A model generated the notes under the pieces. It made no database searches. It was not told where the DNA came from and worked only from the letters and a program-made list of their open reading frames with translations. A DNA stretch of 64,000 nt from assembly GCF_009914755.1 (NCBI RefSeq), contig NC_060926.1; one strand, given 5' to 3'. This document shows, piece after piece, positions 31,155 through 43,632 of the stretch; position 1 is the stretch's first letter, and every line of letters begins with the position of its first letter. The position numbers and the translations under genes are program-made. This DNA comes from the human T2T-CHM13v2.0 reference genome, Homo sapiens.

Positions 31155-31663
31155 CATTCTCTCACTTAATGAGATGTCTCAAGGTGGGGACATCCCAAGG
31201 GAAATTAATTCAACCGCTCAAGGCTGTCACCAAGGACTTGGCTTCTTTTCATCTCGACACTCTGCCATCGTTAGCCTCTTGGCTTTTATGTTGGGTATTA
31301 TCCCTTTATGTCACAATATGGCTGCAGCAGTTCTAAGTATCATGTTCTCACCCAACCACACCCAAAGGTCAGAAAGAGAGAAAGCCCCTTCTTTATAGCT
31401 CTTTTTTTAAGAGTAAGGGAAACTTTCCCCAAATTCATCCAGACACTTCCTCTCGTGTCTTGTTAGTCAGAATGAAGTTACACGCCCGTTCATAAACTAA
31501 TCACTGGGTCACCGTGACTGGCTTAGACCAATCAAGACACTGTGCTAGGCTCCCAGGGAGTCCTGCTTCTCCTGAAGCATGTGGCTGCCAGAAACCCTGA
31601 ATAAAACAGGCCTCTGGCTTGCTGGTGAGGGAGAGGAACTGGAAGGGTTGCGGGCCTGTCACA
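31155..31663 (-). mobile_element. Old MaLR LTR (MLT1K/L-like)
   Basis: TCACAATATGGCTGCAGCAGTTC and GACTGGCTTAGACCAATCAAG motifs. Confidence 0.55.
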
Positions 31664-32207
31664 CAGCATCGCTATTTCTGGCTCCCACATCAGCCTTGTG
31701 AGATCAGGACTTTTATCGTTTTATGAATAAGGAAACCAAGACTCAGAGACAATGAAGTGCTTGGCCAAGGTCAGCGGCTGGTGAGTGACAGAGTCTGCAT
31801 GCTCAGCCCATCCCTAGGAGTCTGGCAAGGCTGGAAATTGGTCTTTCTTTTCCCATCCTAGATGGATTGCGTTGGAAAGATTCAGGCTCCTGTCAGCTGG
31901 CTCTTGCTGTCCATTCCTGACAGCTGCGACTCTGAGAACAGTTTAATTTCAGAAACCCTCACACGGTGGCTCTTCTCCCTGCCAGGCATCAGGAGGCCCC
32001 AGAGGAGCAGCAGAGGCAAGACTCGCTGTCCAGACTCCCTTCTGAGGAGACTGCGGTCAGGGAGCCCAGGCTGACCCTCGTGTTCTCATGCCTCGGTCCT
32101 GTTGATAAGAGGGAAGTCTGTGCTGGGTTCCTATCCACAAAGCCCTTGCGGGGAATGGGTCCCACACGCCGCTTCTGCAGACCCAGCTCATCCTGTTTCC
32201 GGTTTCT

Positions 32208-32320
32208 ATTTTGTTTTTTCTTTTTTTTTTTTTTTGATACGGAGTCTCGCTCTGTCGTGATCCGCCCGCCTCGGCCTCCCAAAGTGCTGGGATTACAGGC
32301 GTGCGCTACCGCGCCCGGCC
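32208..32320 (-). mobile_element. Internally deleted AluY/Sc-type element (~85 bp body plus tail)
   Basis: Alu 5' ~66 nt joined to the last ~20 nt; TSD CTGTTTCCGGTTTC (32193-32206) / CTGTTTCTGGTTTC (32321-32334). Confidence 0.9.
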
Positions 32321-32800
32321 CTGTTTCTGGTTTCCAATTCTCTTAGGATGTCAGTGCCTTTGATCCTCTGAGCCCCCGGAAGGGCTCAGCCCTCTCACAT
32401 CTGCCTTCCTCCTAGAGGTGTGACGCCTGCCCTTCCGCCAGGGCGAGGCAGGGGAGTGACTTGGCGCCCGAGTCCCGTTTCCCGTCCCCTCTCCGTTGCC
32501 TGTGCTCAGAGCCAGGGACTCTGCTATTTGTAGGCCCCGCGGGCTCTGTCTGGGGTCTTTCCCCAGGGGAGGGTGTGCGTCCGGGAAGGAGAGGCAGCCT
32601 GGAGTTCCTTCTGGATACCGGCCAGGCCTGCGCTATTTGCCTGGAGAGGCCATCGGCATCACTGAGAAGGTCCCTGGAACTCGCTGCTCAGACACATATG
32701 TGGCAGCCAGTCAGGAGCTACGTTCTTCTTTGCTGGAAACAAGCAAGGATAGACTGTGATTTTCCTCTCCCTCTGTTGTGTATTTTTCACTCCTGTCTCT

Positions 32801-33217
32801 CCATCAACCCACCCACCCATCCATCCATTCATCCACTCATCCATCCACCCACCCATCCACTCATCCATCCACCCACCCATCCATCCATCCTACCATCCAT
32901 CCACTCATCCATCCACCCACCCACCCAGCCATCCATCCATCCATCCATCCATCTACCCATCCACCCACCCATCCATCCACCCACCCATCCATCCATCCTA
33001 CCATCCATCCACTCATCCATCCACCCACCCACCCACCCATCCATCCACCCACCCATCCATCCATCCATCTACCCACCCACCCACCCATCCATCCACCCAC
33101 CCATCCACCCATCCATCCACCCATCCACCCACCCATCCACCCACCCATCCACCCATCTATTCACCCATCCACCCATCCACCCACCCACCCATCCACCCAT
33201 CTATCCATCCACCCACC
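32801..33217. repeat. (CCAT/CCAC)n compound tetranucleotide repeat
   Basis: Direct reading; an internal block repeats with 108-bp period (CCTACC at ~32889 and ~32997). Confidence 0.95.
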
Positions 33218-33467
33218 TGTCACATAGTGTGGCAAATACAACAACGACTCACATGTGGTTCCTGCCCCTACACCCTCAACACTCATACCCTAGTGGGGAC
33301 TCCTCCAACCAACGAATGCAGAAGGTTTTAGCTCCCTGATGGGCATTTGTATTTGAAGTTGGGGGGTGGGGGGCTGCACAAATGTGCACAACTTAATAGA
33401 GGTCCTTCTGGCATTGTGCCAAAGTGAAGCTGAGGAGGAGTTAAATTTTTATGTTTTTTTGGTTGTT

Positions 33468-33611
33468 CAGCCTCTGTAGAGAGTCTCAAAAATTCTCGAT
33501 GCCAATTATATTTCAAGTTGTCATGGCAAGCTATAGGGAAAAGTTTTCAATTAGCAATAATCATGTCTCAGGCAAACCTCATTGGCTATGGTACCGCCAC
33601 TGCAGAAATCT
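33468..33611 (-). pseudogene. U4 snRNA processed pseudogene (RNU4-xP type)
   Basis: Reverse complement AGATTTCTGCAGTGGCGGTACCATAGCCAATGAGGTTTGCCTGAGACATGATTATTGCTAATTGAAAACTTTTCCCTATAG...AATTTTTGAGACTCTCTACAGAGGCTG aligns end to end with U4; A-rich tail at 33446-33467; TSD GAGGAGTTA at 33435-33443 and 33612-33620. Confidence 0.93.
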
Positions 33612-34183
33612 GAGGAGTTATTTTTAAGCAAGGGCGCTGCCTTCCCAGCGTGTCTTAAATTTCTCCAGGGTGAGTCAGATCACCCCTGTTCTTGGGGACC
33701 TCTTACACCAGCTACTGGTCGCCAGGTCTAGGGGAGGTTAGTGACCTCAGCCCTGGAAGGGGAGCCTCAAAGTCACTGGTGAGCCTCAAAAGAGGCTGGC
33801 AGGGCTGCCTGCCCAGACCCATTTGCTACAGTTATAATGGGGAGTGTCCTTGGGTAATGAACTGCTATGTAGAGCTCCTGATTAAGCACTAATTAATTAT
33901 TAATGCACTGTGTCATAATTTTGCCTGGCCCTTTCTATGCCAAAGAATTGTATCCCACAATTCCATTTGTGATCCTGCATTTTCTGATTTGTGGCCATGG
34001 TGGCCCCTTTTCAAGCTCACCTGTCTCTGCAGTGGCCAGATGGATCACTGAGGGTACATGCACCACGAGGTCATTGTCCACTGGTAGTAGGTGGCATGGA
34101 TGACGACTCATGGGTGTAACGTGTGAACAACAACAGATACACCGGCTGGAGTCAGCCACACTTGGAATTCTGGCTGTAATGCT

Positions 34184-34614
34184 ACTGTGGTTTGGATATT
34201 TGTCTCCCGAAACCTCATGTTGAAATTTGATCCCCGATACTGGAGGTGGGGGCCTATGGGAGGTGTTTGGGTCATGGGGACAAATCCCTCATGAAGGTCT
34301 TGGTACTGTCCTTGTCCTTGTTATAATGAGTAGGTTCTTGGTCTATTAGTTCCCTCAAAGGCTGGTTGTTTAAAGAGCCTGGAACCTCCTCCTCCTCTCT
34401 CTGGCTTTCCCTCTCCCCATGTGATTCTTACACATACCGGCTTCCCTTTGCCTTCTGCCATGAGTGGAAGCAGCCTGAAGCCCTCACCAGAGGCAGATGC
34501 TGGCACCATGCTTGTTGTACAGTCTGCAGAACCATGAGCCAAAGAAACCTCTTTTCTTTATAAGTTACCCAGGCTCAGGTATATCCTTTATGGCAATGCA
34601 AATGGACTAAGGCA
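34184..34614 (+). mobile_element. MSTB-like MaLR solo LTR
   Basis: TGTGGTTTGGATATTTGTCTCCC...GGGAGGTGTTTGGGTCATGGGG...AATGGACTAAGGCA. Confidence 0.85.
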
Positions 34615-35175
34615 AATGTACTCACCTTGGTGTTACCTCAATCATGTTACTTAACCCTTTGAGCCCTTCTCATCCATACAGGAAGGAGAAGAGTAGCACC
34701 TGCCTCACGTGTTTAACCAGAAAGAGGACCTCAGGCTCCAGTGATGGATCGGGACATGTCTTGTCCTGAGGTTTCCTTTGCTGTACTTCACTTGGGGCCA
34801 TCTCAGGAACCAGTGTAAGGTCACTGGAGATGCCACTTGGAGGAGGCACTCAGCTGTGCCTCTGGCCTGCACCTGTGCTTGGTTTATGGGTGGGGTCAGT
34901 TGTTGGGACTATTTTAGTTACAGGTTCCAGAAATCCATCTTCAAACTGCAAAGGGGAATTCTTGTAAGGATTTGGGGGTGTCTCCCAGAATCTGAGGGTA
35001 AGAACTGAGCTGGCTTTCAGGAGCAATGGGAACTCATGGTTCGGCTCCACCTGAGTCTCATCCTGGCTTCTCTTTGTGAATCTGCATTTTTCTTTTCCTG
35101 GAGATGAGATTTTCCTCCTTCTCTGTCCATGTGGCATGACATGTAGTCACCACTGCTCCCAAAATTTAGCTTCTC

Positions 35176-35449
35176 GTAATCCCAACGCTTTGGGAGGCTG
35201 AGGCAGGTGGATCACCTGACTTCAGGAGTTCAAGACCAGCCTGGCCAACATGGTGAAACGCTGTCTCTACTAAAAATACAAAAAATTAGCCGGGCATGGT
35301 GGCAAGCGCCTGTAGTCCCAGCTACTCGGGAGGCTGAGGCAGGGAATCACTTGAACCCAGGAAGTGGAGGTTGCAGTGAGCTGAGATCTCACCACTGCAC
35401 TCCAGCCTGGGTGACAAGAGCGAAACTCTGTCTCAAAAAAAAAAAAAAA
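35176..35449 (+). mobile_element. AluS, 5'-truncated, inside an old MLT1 LTR
   Basis: Starts at GTAATCCC; TSD AAAATTTAGCTTCTC (35161-35175) / AAAATGCAGCTTCTC (35450-35464). Confidence 0.92.
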
Positions 35450-35847
35450 AAAATGCAGCTTCTCCATTCAAGTTATTAGTTAAGACTGAACTGACATGTC
35501 TTGGTCCTAAGTTCCAGATGTCCAGCTGGGGCCAGGGGTCTGCAGCCACACGTGGGGTCTGAGAGAGCTGGCAGCTTTGCTGGCAACATGTGAACAGTGA
35601 GAAAGCCAGGACAGCAGTCCTCAATGAGGCCAAGTGGTGCTGGGACGAGCGGGGTCCCAGGAAGAGGGGCTGTGGAAACTGCTCTACCGCCCCTGCCTGG
35701 GGCTGCTCACTGAGAGGACACACTTTCTTGAGTGTCACCATTCCTCCATGATGGCTTCCAAGAGGCTGAGTGAGCATGCACTTAGGGCACCAGCAAGGCC
35801 AGCAACAACAGTGAAAACATTTTTTTTCCTGACAAAAATTGTTTGGG

Positions 35848-36130
35848 TTTTTTTGAGACGGAGTTCTGTCACCCAGACTGGAGTTCATTTGCTAGATCCC
35901 GGCTCACTGCATCCTCCGCCTCCTGGGTTCAAGGGATTGTCCTGTCTCAGCCTCCCGAGTAGCTGGGACTACAGGTGCGCACCACCACGCCCAGCTAATT
36001 TTTGTATTTTTAGTAGAGACAGGGTTTTGCCATGTTGCCCCAGCTAGTCTCAAACTCCTGGCCTCAAGTGATCCTCCTGCCTCGGCCTCCCAAATGCTGC
36101 AATTACAGGCATGAGCCACCACACCTGACC
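35848..36130 (-). mobile_element. AluS
   Basis: Dimer; TSD AAAAATTGTTT at 35834-35844 and 36131-36141. Confidence 0.92.
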
Positions 36131-36244
36131 AAAAATTGTTTTTAAAAATCAAATTCATCATAGGAAAAAAATTAGAAGCCTTCTGGACTTTTCTTACACT
36201 TCTTATAAAGTTGTTGACTATTTTTATCTTGAATGATATTATTG

Positions 36245-36690
36245 GGTGCATTGGATTGCATAGCGTCCCCCCAGAATTCATGTTCTTCATGAACCTCAGA
36301 GTGTGACCTTATTTGGAAATAGGGTCATTGCAGATGTGATTAGTGAAGATGGAGTCATACTGGAGTAGGGCAGACCCTAACTCCAAAAAAGATTGATGTC
36401 ATATGAAGAGGAGAAGAGACAGAGACACCACACACCAGGGAGAGAGCCACACAGGGAGGCAGAGACTGAAGTGAGGCACCTGCAAACCAGGGAATGCCAG
36501 CGGCTGCTGATGACACCAGAAGCTACAAAAGTCAGGAAGGGTCCTCCCCTAGAGCCTTCAGCAGGATCACAGCCCCGTTGACATTCCTATGTCAGATTTC
36601 TAGCCTCCAGTGTGTGAGGGGACACGTTTGTGCTGTTCTAAGCCATTCAGTTTGTGGTTCCTCCTCACAGCAGCCACAGGGAATGTCCAC
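36245..36690 (+). mobile_element. MLT1C-like MaLR solo LTR
   Basis: GTGACCTTATTTGGAAATAGGGTCATTGCAGATGTGATTAG...CCAGGGAATGCCAG...CTAGAGCCTTCAG. Confidence 0.85.
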
Positions 36691-36789
36691 TGGGTTGGGG
36701 AGTTTTAGGCTTTTCAATACTTGCAGCATAAAACGCCCCAAATTCTTAGTTTATTCCTGCCTAGAGATGAACACCACAGGCTCCAGAGT

Positions 36790-37000
36790 TGTCTGTGTCT
36801 GAATGAAAACCTTAGCTTTGCTATTTATTAGTTATATTCCCTTGGGCAGGTAACGTAGCCTCTCTGTGCCTCAGTTTCCATGTCGGTAGAATGAGGTGAA
36901 TAGTCCTACCCAGGTAATGGAGGTGTAAATCAGCTACTGCATGCAAAGAGCTTGACAAGGCACCTGGCATGTGACAAGGCCTCAGTGTAAAACAGTTGTT
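36790..37000 (+). mobile_element. MIR SINE
   Basis: CTTGGGCAGGTAACGTAGCCTCTCTGTGCCTCAGTTTCC. Confidence 0.7.
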
Positions 37001-38340
37001 CTCATCACATCCCTCAGCAGGTCGGACGATGGTGGGGGTGGCCAGTCCAGGGGCTGTGGGCTCCCTTTCTGGGTGGGCAGGCTGAGAGGGGTCATCTGCA
37101 GGGATCCGGCTTTGTTGAGGGTTGCCTGGGAACCATGAACTTCCTGCAGGAAGAACTCTTCTCCTGGGGCAGGCTGCTGTAGGAGGGGTCCTCTGGCACC
37201 GGGACAGGAACTGAAGCCGGTCTTGATCTGCTCAGGGACTCAGCAGAGATGCAGCCCCAAGCCACCCGGCTACTGGTCTAGTGGGGGAGGTGTTCACCAC
37301 CAGGTCCTTTGCCCCATGATTCTCTGCCCGACGGAGGATTGGCCCCAGTCCAAGCCTTGCCCTGTACTTATGACCATTTTAAACACATCTGCAGATGCTG
37401 TCATATTCAATAAAATATATCCTTGGAAAGGCAATGTGAAATTTATAGTGGCTTTTCATTCTTGCACATTTTCTCAATTACGGATACTAAAAGCCTAATC
37501 ATGATCATGTGAGGCTTTGTAATAAAATGGTTTCATAAAATGTTAAGAAAGTGTCTGAAGAATGTTGGAAGCCTGTCCCACTGGAGGGTGACCCCTCTGC
37601 AATCCCGGCAGGAGGCTGTGCAAGCTGGAGTCCACACCTGCCACAGGAGCTCCCGCCTCCAGGGGAGCCTGTCTACAGGCAGCTCTGATTTTTGGAAAGC
37701 CGACAGCTATGCTGCCTGTGACCCTGCCTGCGACCCTGCCTTCCTGTCACCGCACTCCACAGTCCTGTTATCCCTCCTGGAGCACCTGAGAACAAAGGTC
37801 TGTCTTTTCCCCACCACAGTCCTCCCCATCCCCCTCTTCTGCCGACTTCTATCTTCAAGGTCACTCCCTGGGCCACCTCAGTGGGGCCTTTAGCCCAGCT
37901 CAGCCCCTTCTGCAGGCAGCACCATTGGCGCTGGTGGCTGCCCTGACTCTTGGTCCCCTGTGAGTGTCCTGTCTATTTTGCAGCAGGAGGGGAAAGGGTC
38001 CAAGGAGAAAGCCAACAGGTGTCCTCATGAATCCAGAAATGTCTCTCCCTTCCCACCACCTTAGAGAAGTGGTGCCTCCCCCTGTTACTGCCATCCCCTT
38101 TCCTCCCCACACCCACTGTGTGAAGAAGCACAGTGCCATGGAAAGGCCTAGAACTGGGAATCAGGGCACATTGGGTGTGCATTCCTTTTGGACCACTCAC
38201 TAGCTTTGCAACCCTGGCAACTTCCTTGTCCTCTGACTTCAGTTTCTTCATCCAAAAATGAGATTGGCAATTTCACCTCCCAGGGCTTTTATAAGGATTA
38301 GGTGCATGGTACTTAGTAGGTGCTTTGTAAATATTAGATA

Positions 38341-38515
38341 AGCCTTGATCTCCTGGGCTCAAGCAATCCTCCCACCTCAGCCTCCAGAGTAGCTGGGACT
38401 ATAGCTGCACACCATCACACCCACCTAATTTAAAAATTTTTTATAGCGACAGAGTCTCGTTCAAGTGATCCTGCCACCTTGGCCTTCCAAAGTGTTGAGA
38501 TTACAGGCATGAGCC
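38341..38515 (-). mobile_element. AluJ fragment with deletions
   Basis: Partial right arm, linker and partly deleted left arm. Confidence 0.8.
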
Positions 38516-38879
38516 GAAATTCTTGAACAGGGGCCACAGGATCATATTACAACTTCATAATATTTACCTGGAGAGAATTAAGCTGATACGTGGATATAAC
38601 AGGTGTGAATTTCATCTTTTCCCTGGCCAGAGCACCTGAAGAAGAAAACAATGATCCCAATCACCTTTACTGAAGCAAATCCTATCCTCTGGTTCTATCT
38701 TCACCTGGGGGCCTCTAACATCCTTCGAAGACGCTTCGCCGCAATTCCTTCCAGAAGTCTGCAGATGCTTGCCTGTGCTTGGCCATGCTGGAGTGACCAC
38801 GTGGATCACGTCCCGGCTCTTCTTCTAGGGGCTCAGGACCGCTGGGGGTGGGGGTAGGGCAGTGAGAAATTGGAGGCTG

Positions 38880-39420
38880 ATGCATTACCTATGGACCCAT
38901 AGTGAGTACCCCAAAACCTAGCAGCTTACAACAGCTTTATGATCTTACACAATTTCTGAGGGTCGGAAGCCCAGCTTAGCTGGTACCTCTGGCTCGGACT
39001 CTCCTGCGAGGCTGCAGTCAAGTCGTTGGCTAGATCTGCATCATTGAAATCCCGGAAGGCCGGAGGATCCATTTCTAAGATGGGGAACTCCCATGGCTGG
39101 TGGCTGGTGTCCTCAGTTCCAGGATGGCTGTTGGCTAGGGCTCCCAAGGACCCCCAGCCACCTCCAGACTCCACATAGGTGTCTCCAGGGCAGTTGACTC
39201 CCCAGAGTAAGTGATTTGGTAATGAGCAAGTGACAGTGCTACTAAAACAGAAGCTGCTGTGTCCTTTATAACCTAACCTCAGAAGTGACATCCCATCACT
39301 GTGGCTGTATTTACTGAGTTGAGTCCATACTCCAAGAGCAGGCTGTGAGGGCCGGGAAATGGGATCACTGGGCGCCCCCCTGGAGCATAGAATCCAAGCA
39401 GAGAGGCCTGGCCACTCTTA
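38880..39420 (-). mobile_element. MLT1F-like MaLR LTR
   Basis: ACCCCAAAACCTAGCAGCTTACAACAG...GAGGCTGCAGTCAAG...CCTCAGAAGTGACATCCCATCACT. Confidence 0.7.
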
Positions 39421-39852
39421 AGTGACATTTCCCTCAGTCTGGGCAGCCCAAGGAGTTGTCGTCTACTCTGAGTGGGGGTGGGAGAGCCATCTGCTCCCAA
39501 GCTTTTCCTGGGGCAGTGCCAGATAATCCAGGCAACCCCCCTTTTCTATAAAGTTTTTCCTGGTGGCCATTACATTCCTCTTCTTTGATCTAGACATCGC
39601 CCTACTGTTGCCTTTACCATGAGCTTTCCAAACAAACAACCTCAAATTAATAATAAGCACAGCTCTCGTACTAATTACCATTTTAGTCCTAGGCCTAGTC
39701 CTAAGTCCTTGGTGTGGAACTCTCACCTGGGGAGGCTCAGCCAGTTATCCAAAGGACCCATCCTCATGTTAACCTGCCCCCCCGATCTCAGGGGTTCTGG
39801 AAGGCAGAGTGTTCCTCCTGTGACCCACAAGGCAAACCTCCTGTCATGGCAT

Positions 39853-40331
<479 letters not shown>

Positions 40332-40703
40332 CACAGCATAGAATGCAGCAGGTCTGTTGGAGTGAAAGGTGTCACAGTGGGTTTGTGTCTCTATCCCAGG
40401 GCCTGGCACTGGGATGTCCCCCCGCTTGGCCAAGGCTGCTCATGCCCCCAGCCCTGGGGAAGATGTGGCTGATGGTCACAGCATCTTCAGAGACCCCTCC
40501 CCTACCCCCAGAGAGTCAATTCACTTCACTTCATGGGTCACGGGATTCTGAAATGTTTATGAAGCTGCCTGTTAGTTCTTACTTAGTTTTAAACGTGGCC
40601 CCTTATTCTACAACTCAGACAGAAGTCACATCAGGCTTGAGGATAAACCCTGCCTACTTAATTTCAATTCTCACAGACTCCTCAGCTTTTCAGAAATATA
40701 TTT

Positions 40704-40866
40704 TATGTATGTATGTATGTATGTATGTACGGAGACAGGGTCTCACTTTGTTGCCAGCTGGAGTGCAGTGTGATCACAGCTCACTGCAACCTTGAATTCT
40801 TGGGCTTAAGTGATCCTCTCGCCTCAGGTTCCCAAAGTGCTGGGATTAAGGGCATGAGCCACTGTC
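40704..40866 (-). mobile_element. Alu monomer (FRAM-like) with (TATG)n tail
   Basis: Single right-arm-type monomer. Confidence 0.75.
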
Positions 40867-40899
40867 TTTCAACATATAGTAGCTGGTTTATTTCATAAT

Positions 40900-41274
40900 T
40901 GCTATGTTTTGAATGTGTCCCCCAGAAGTTAGGGCTTTAGAAACCTAATCCCTTTGCCCTCTTGAATGGATTAATGGATTCATGAGGGCTTTGCCTTTAT
41001 GAATGGATCAATGTCACTATCATAGGAGTAGGTTCATTATCACAGGAGTGATTTTGTTATAAAATGGAGCTCTCTGGCTATCTTGCTCTTGCTCTGTCAC
41101 CATGTCCTTTGCTGGGATGCATCATCATGCAGCACAAAGGCCCTCGCCAAGGGCTGGTGCCATGTTCTTGGACTTCCCAGCCTCCAGAACGGTGAGCTAA
41201 ATAACCTTTCTTTAAAAAAACAAATTACCCAGTCTGTGATATTCTGTTGTAGCAACAGAATACAGATTAAGACA
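40900..41274 (+). mobile_element. MST-family (MSTC-like) MaLR solo LTR
   Basis: TGCTATGTTTTGAATGTGTCCCCC ... TTGGACTTCCCAGCCTCCAGAAC ... AGATTAAGACA. Confidence 0.8.
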
Positions 41275-41494
41275 GTAATTCTATGTATTATTTTATTTGA
41301 TTCATTATTGGCAGCCACCAAACTACCAAAGGGGTCCATGGCACAAAAAGGATAAGACTGTCAGGAAGAGATGACCTGGCAAATGCAGATGTGGAAAAGG
41401 AATAGGCTTGGAGCAAATGCAAGGTTTAATCGCTCTTTCAGGGTTGTATGCTCCCTGCCCCTACTAATTTAGTAAATGGCTTTGTCACGGGTGT

Positions 41495-41814
<320 letters not shown>

Positions 41815-43379
41815 ACGGGTGTGTTATTGTTTGCTTTTCTTTATGGCATCCCTCATGTCTGGGCTAAGCAGGTGACTAAGCACTTGGGGCTTGATGGGCT
41901 GAAGTTGGGGCATCCCCAGGCTCTCTGTTCTTGGAGAAACAGCTGCAGAGTGTTCCTTGAATATGTGTCAGGATCTAATTTTACTAGGAGGAAAAAAACC
42001 CTGTGAAACTATAGATGCGAATGTGAAAGAACAGAGGGGAGGTTATCTGCCTTGGGCCTTCCCTTCTCCTCCTAGTCATTTGTTGAGCATTTACATGCAT
42101 TGCCCCCATTTAATTCTCGTAGAGCGTGGGAAGTAGTTTTCTATTCCTACTTAACAGAAGAGGAAATGTTACAGGAGGTATTTCAAGACTCACTCCAGGT
42201 AAAGCTGTTTGCAAATGACAGAGCTAGAGCTTGGTGGTCCCAAAGCCTGTGTCATGCTGTTCTCACTGCCTCTGTGCCCAGCCTAAGTAGGGCAGGGAGA
42301 AGAACACCAGGGTGGCATTAGGCAACTCATGGGTGTCGGGAGAATCAAACAAGGCAATATATACCTGATGAAAGGAGCCTCAGAAATTCAAAGCAAGTGA
42401 TTGCTTTCATCTAGGATGGTCCAAGAAGTCTTTCTTGAGCTGGATCATAACAGATTCAGACATGGAGAGGTGGAGAGAAAGCTGTGGGGCTGATCGTGGG
42501 GGGTAGGGGCAGCAAGGGGATGGGTAAGGACAGATCAGAGGAGGTGGAGGGGATCAGTAAGAGAGGGGGCTGGTGGCCTGGGATGGATGAACGCGAGCTT
42601 GATTGCCAAGTTGAGCAGTTTATACTTATTTCAGTAGGATATTGGGGAGCCACCAAAGGTTCTTCAGAGGGGAAGCTGTACAATAAAGCTTCACTTTAAG
42701 AAATGAATTGGGAGTTAGGGGGTGGCAGGCCTGGAGACTGGGAAACTGGTTAGGAAGTTATTGCAACTGCTTGGGTGAGAAATGCTGAGGACCTGAAATA
42801 AGGTGATGGAGGGGAGACAGGAAGGTCAGCAGGAGCTGGACGCCTGATTGCATGGCAGGGCACGGGTGGCTGGGAGGACCCAGCGGGGCATGTGGACAAG
42901 AGAGAAGTCACGGGAGGCTGAGAGGACCAGCTATATGGCTTTTAGCATTGGAGTGGCCACGGGGAGTTTTAGCTAATTCATCCTGCAGGTTCCCATAGGT
43001 TCTGCAAGGGAAGCCCAACTGGCCTGTGATAGATACCTGTCTGGAGCCCAAGCTCTCCAAGCTGTCTCCTGGTTTCCAGGAGAGATCAGCCCTTGCCCCA
43101 GGCCTGCTACATTGGCTTTCGCTTTTCCCAGTTTAGCCCCAGAAGTGGTGGGAGCAGATGCTTTGACCACAAACTGGAGCCATGAAGCCAGTTGTGGTGG
43201 CATGGAATGAACTGGGGAAGTATGAACAGGTGGGATGAATGAACTGAGGAACTGGCCTCAGACCTGGGGAAGTATTGCACCTGTTCATGGAAGATGATCA
43301 AAGAAGCGGCAGGTGCATTTTCTTCCTCCTTTGCAAATGGCCAATCGCCCTGAGTTTTCCATGAAAGAAAGGGCCACGG

Positions 43380-43632
43380 AGACTAATGGTGCAGCTCTCA
43401 GACTCTGGAGCCCAACTATTAGAGTTGGGCCCAAATCCCAGCTCTGCAGGTACTTGCTGTGAGACTTTGGGCAAGTTACTTAATCTCTCTGTCCATCAGT
43501 TGCTTCATCTGTAAAATGGGGATAATACTGGTACGCACCTCCATGGACTACGGAGGATAAGTGAGTTAAAATACAGAATGCTAATCGTGCCTGGTATGTA
43601 GTTGGTGCTTAATAAATAAATGTTGAATGAAT
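43380..43632 (+). mobile_element. MIR (plus L2-like tail)
   Basis: ACTTGCTGTGAGACTTTGGGCAAGTTACTTAATCTCTCTG...CATCTGTAAAATGGGGATAATA. Confidence 0.8.

Noticed and set aside
32461-33339. 292-aa His/Pro-rich ORF and overlapping ORFs
   Set aside because: They result from the stop-free CCAT/CCAC repeat; non-ATG start and no domain
33468-33611. Functional U4 snRNA gene
   Set aside because: A-tail and TSD, substitutions in the 5' U6-pairing region and stem-loops, CpG decay, and no evident PSE or 3' box
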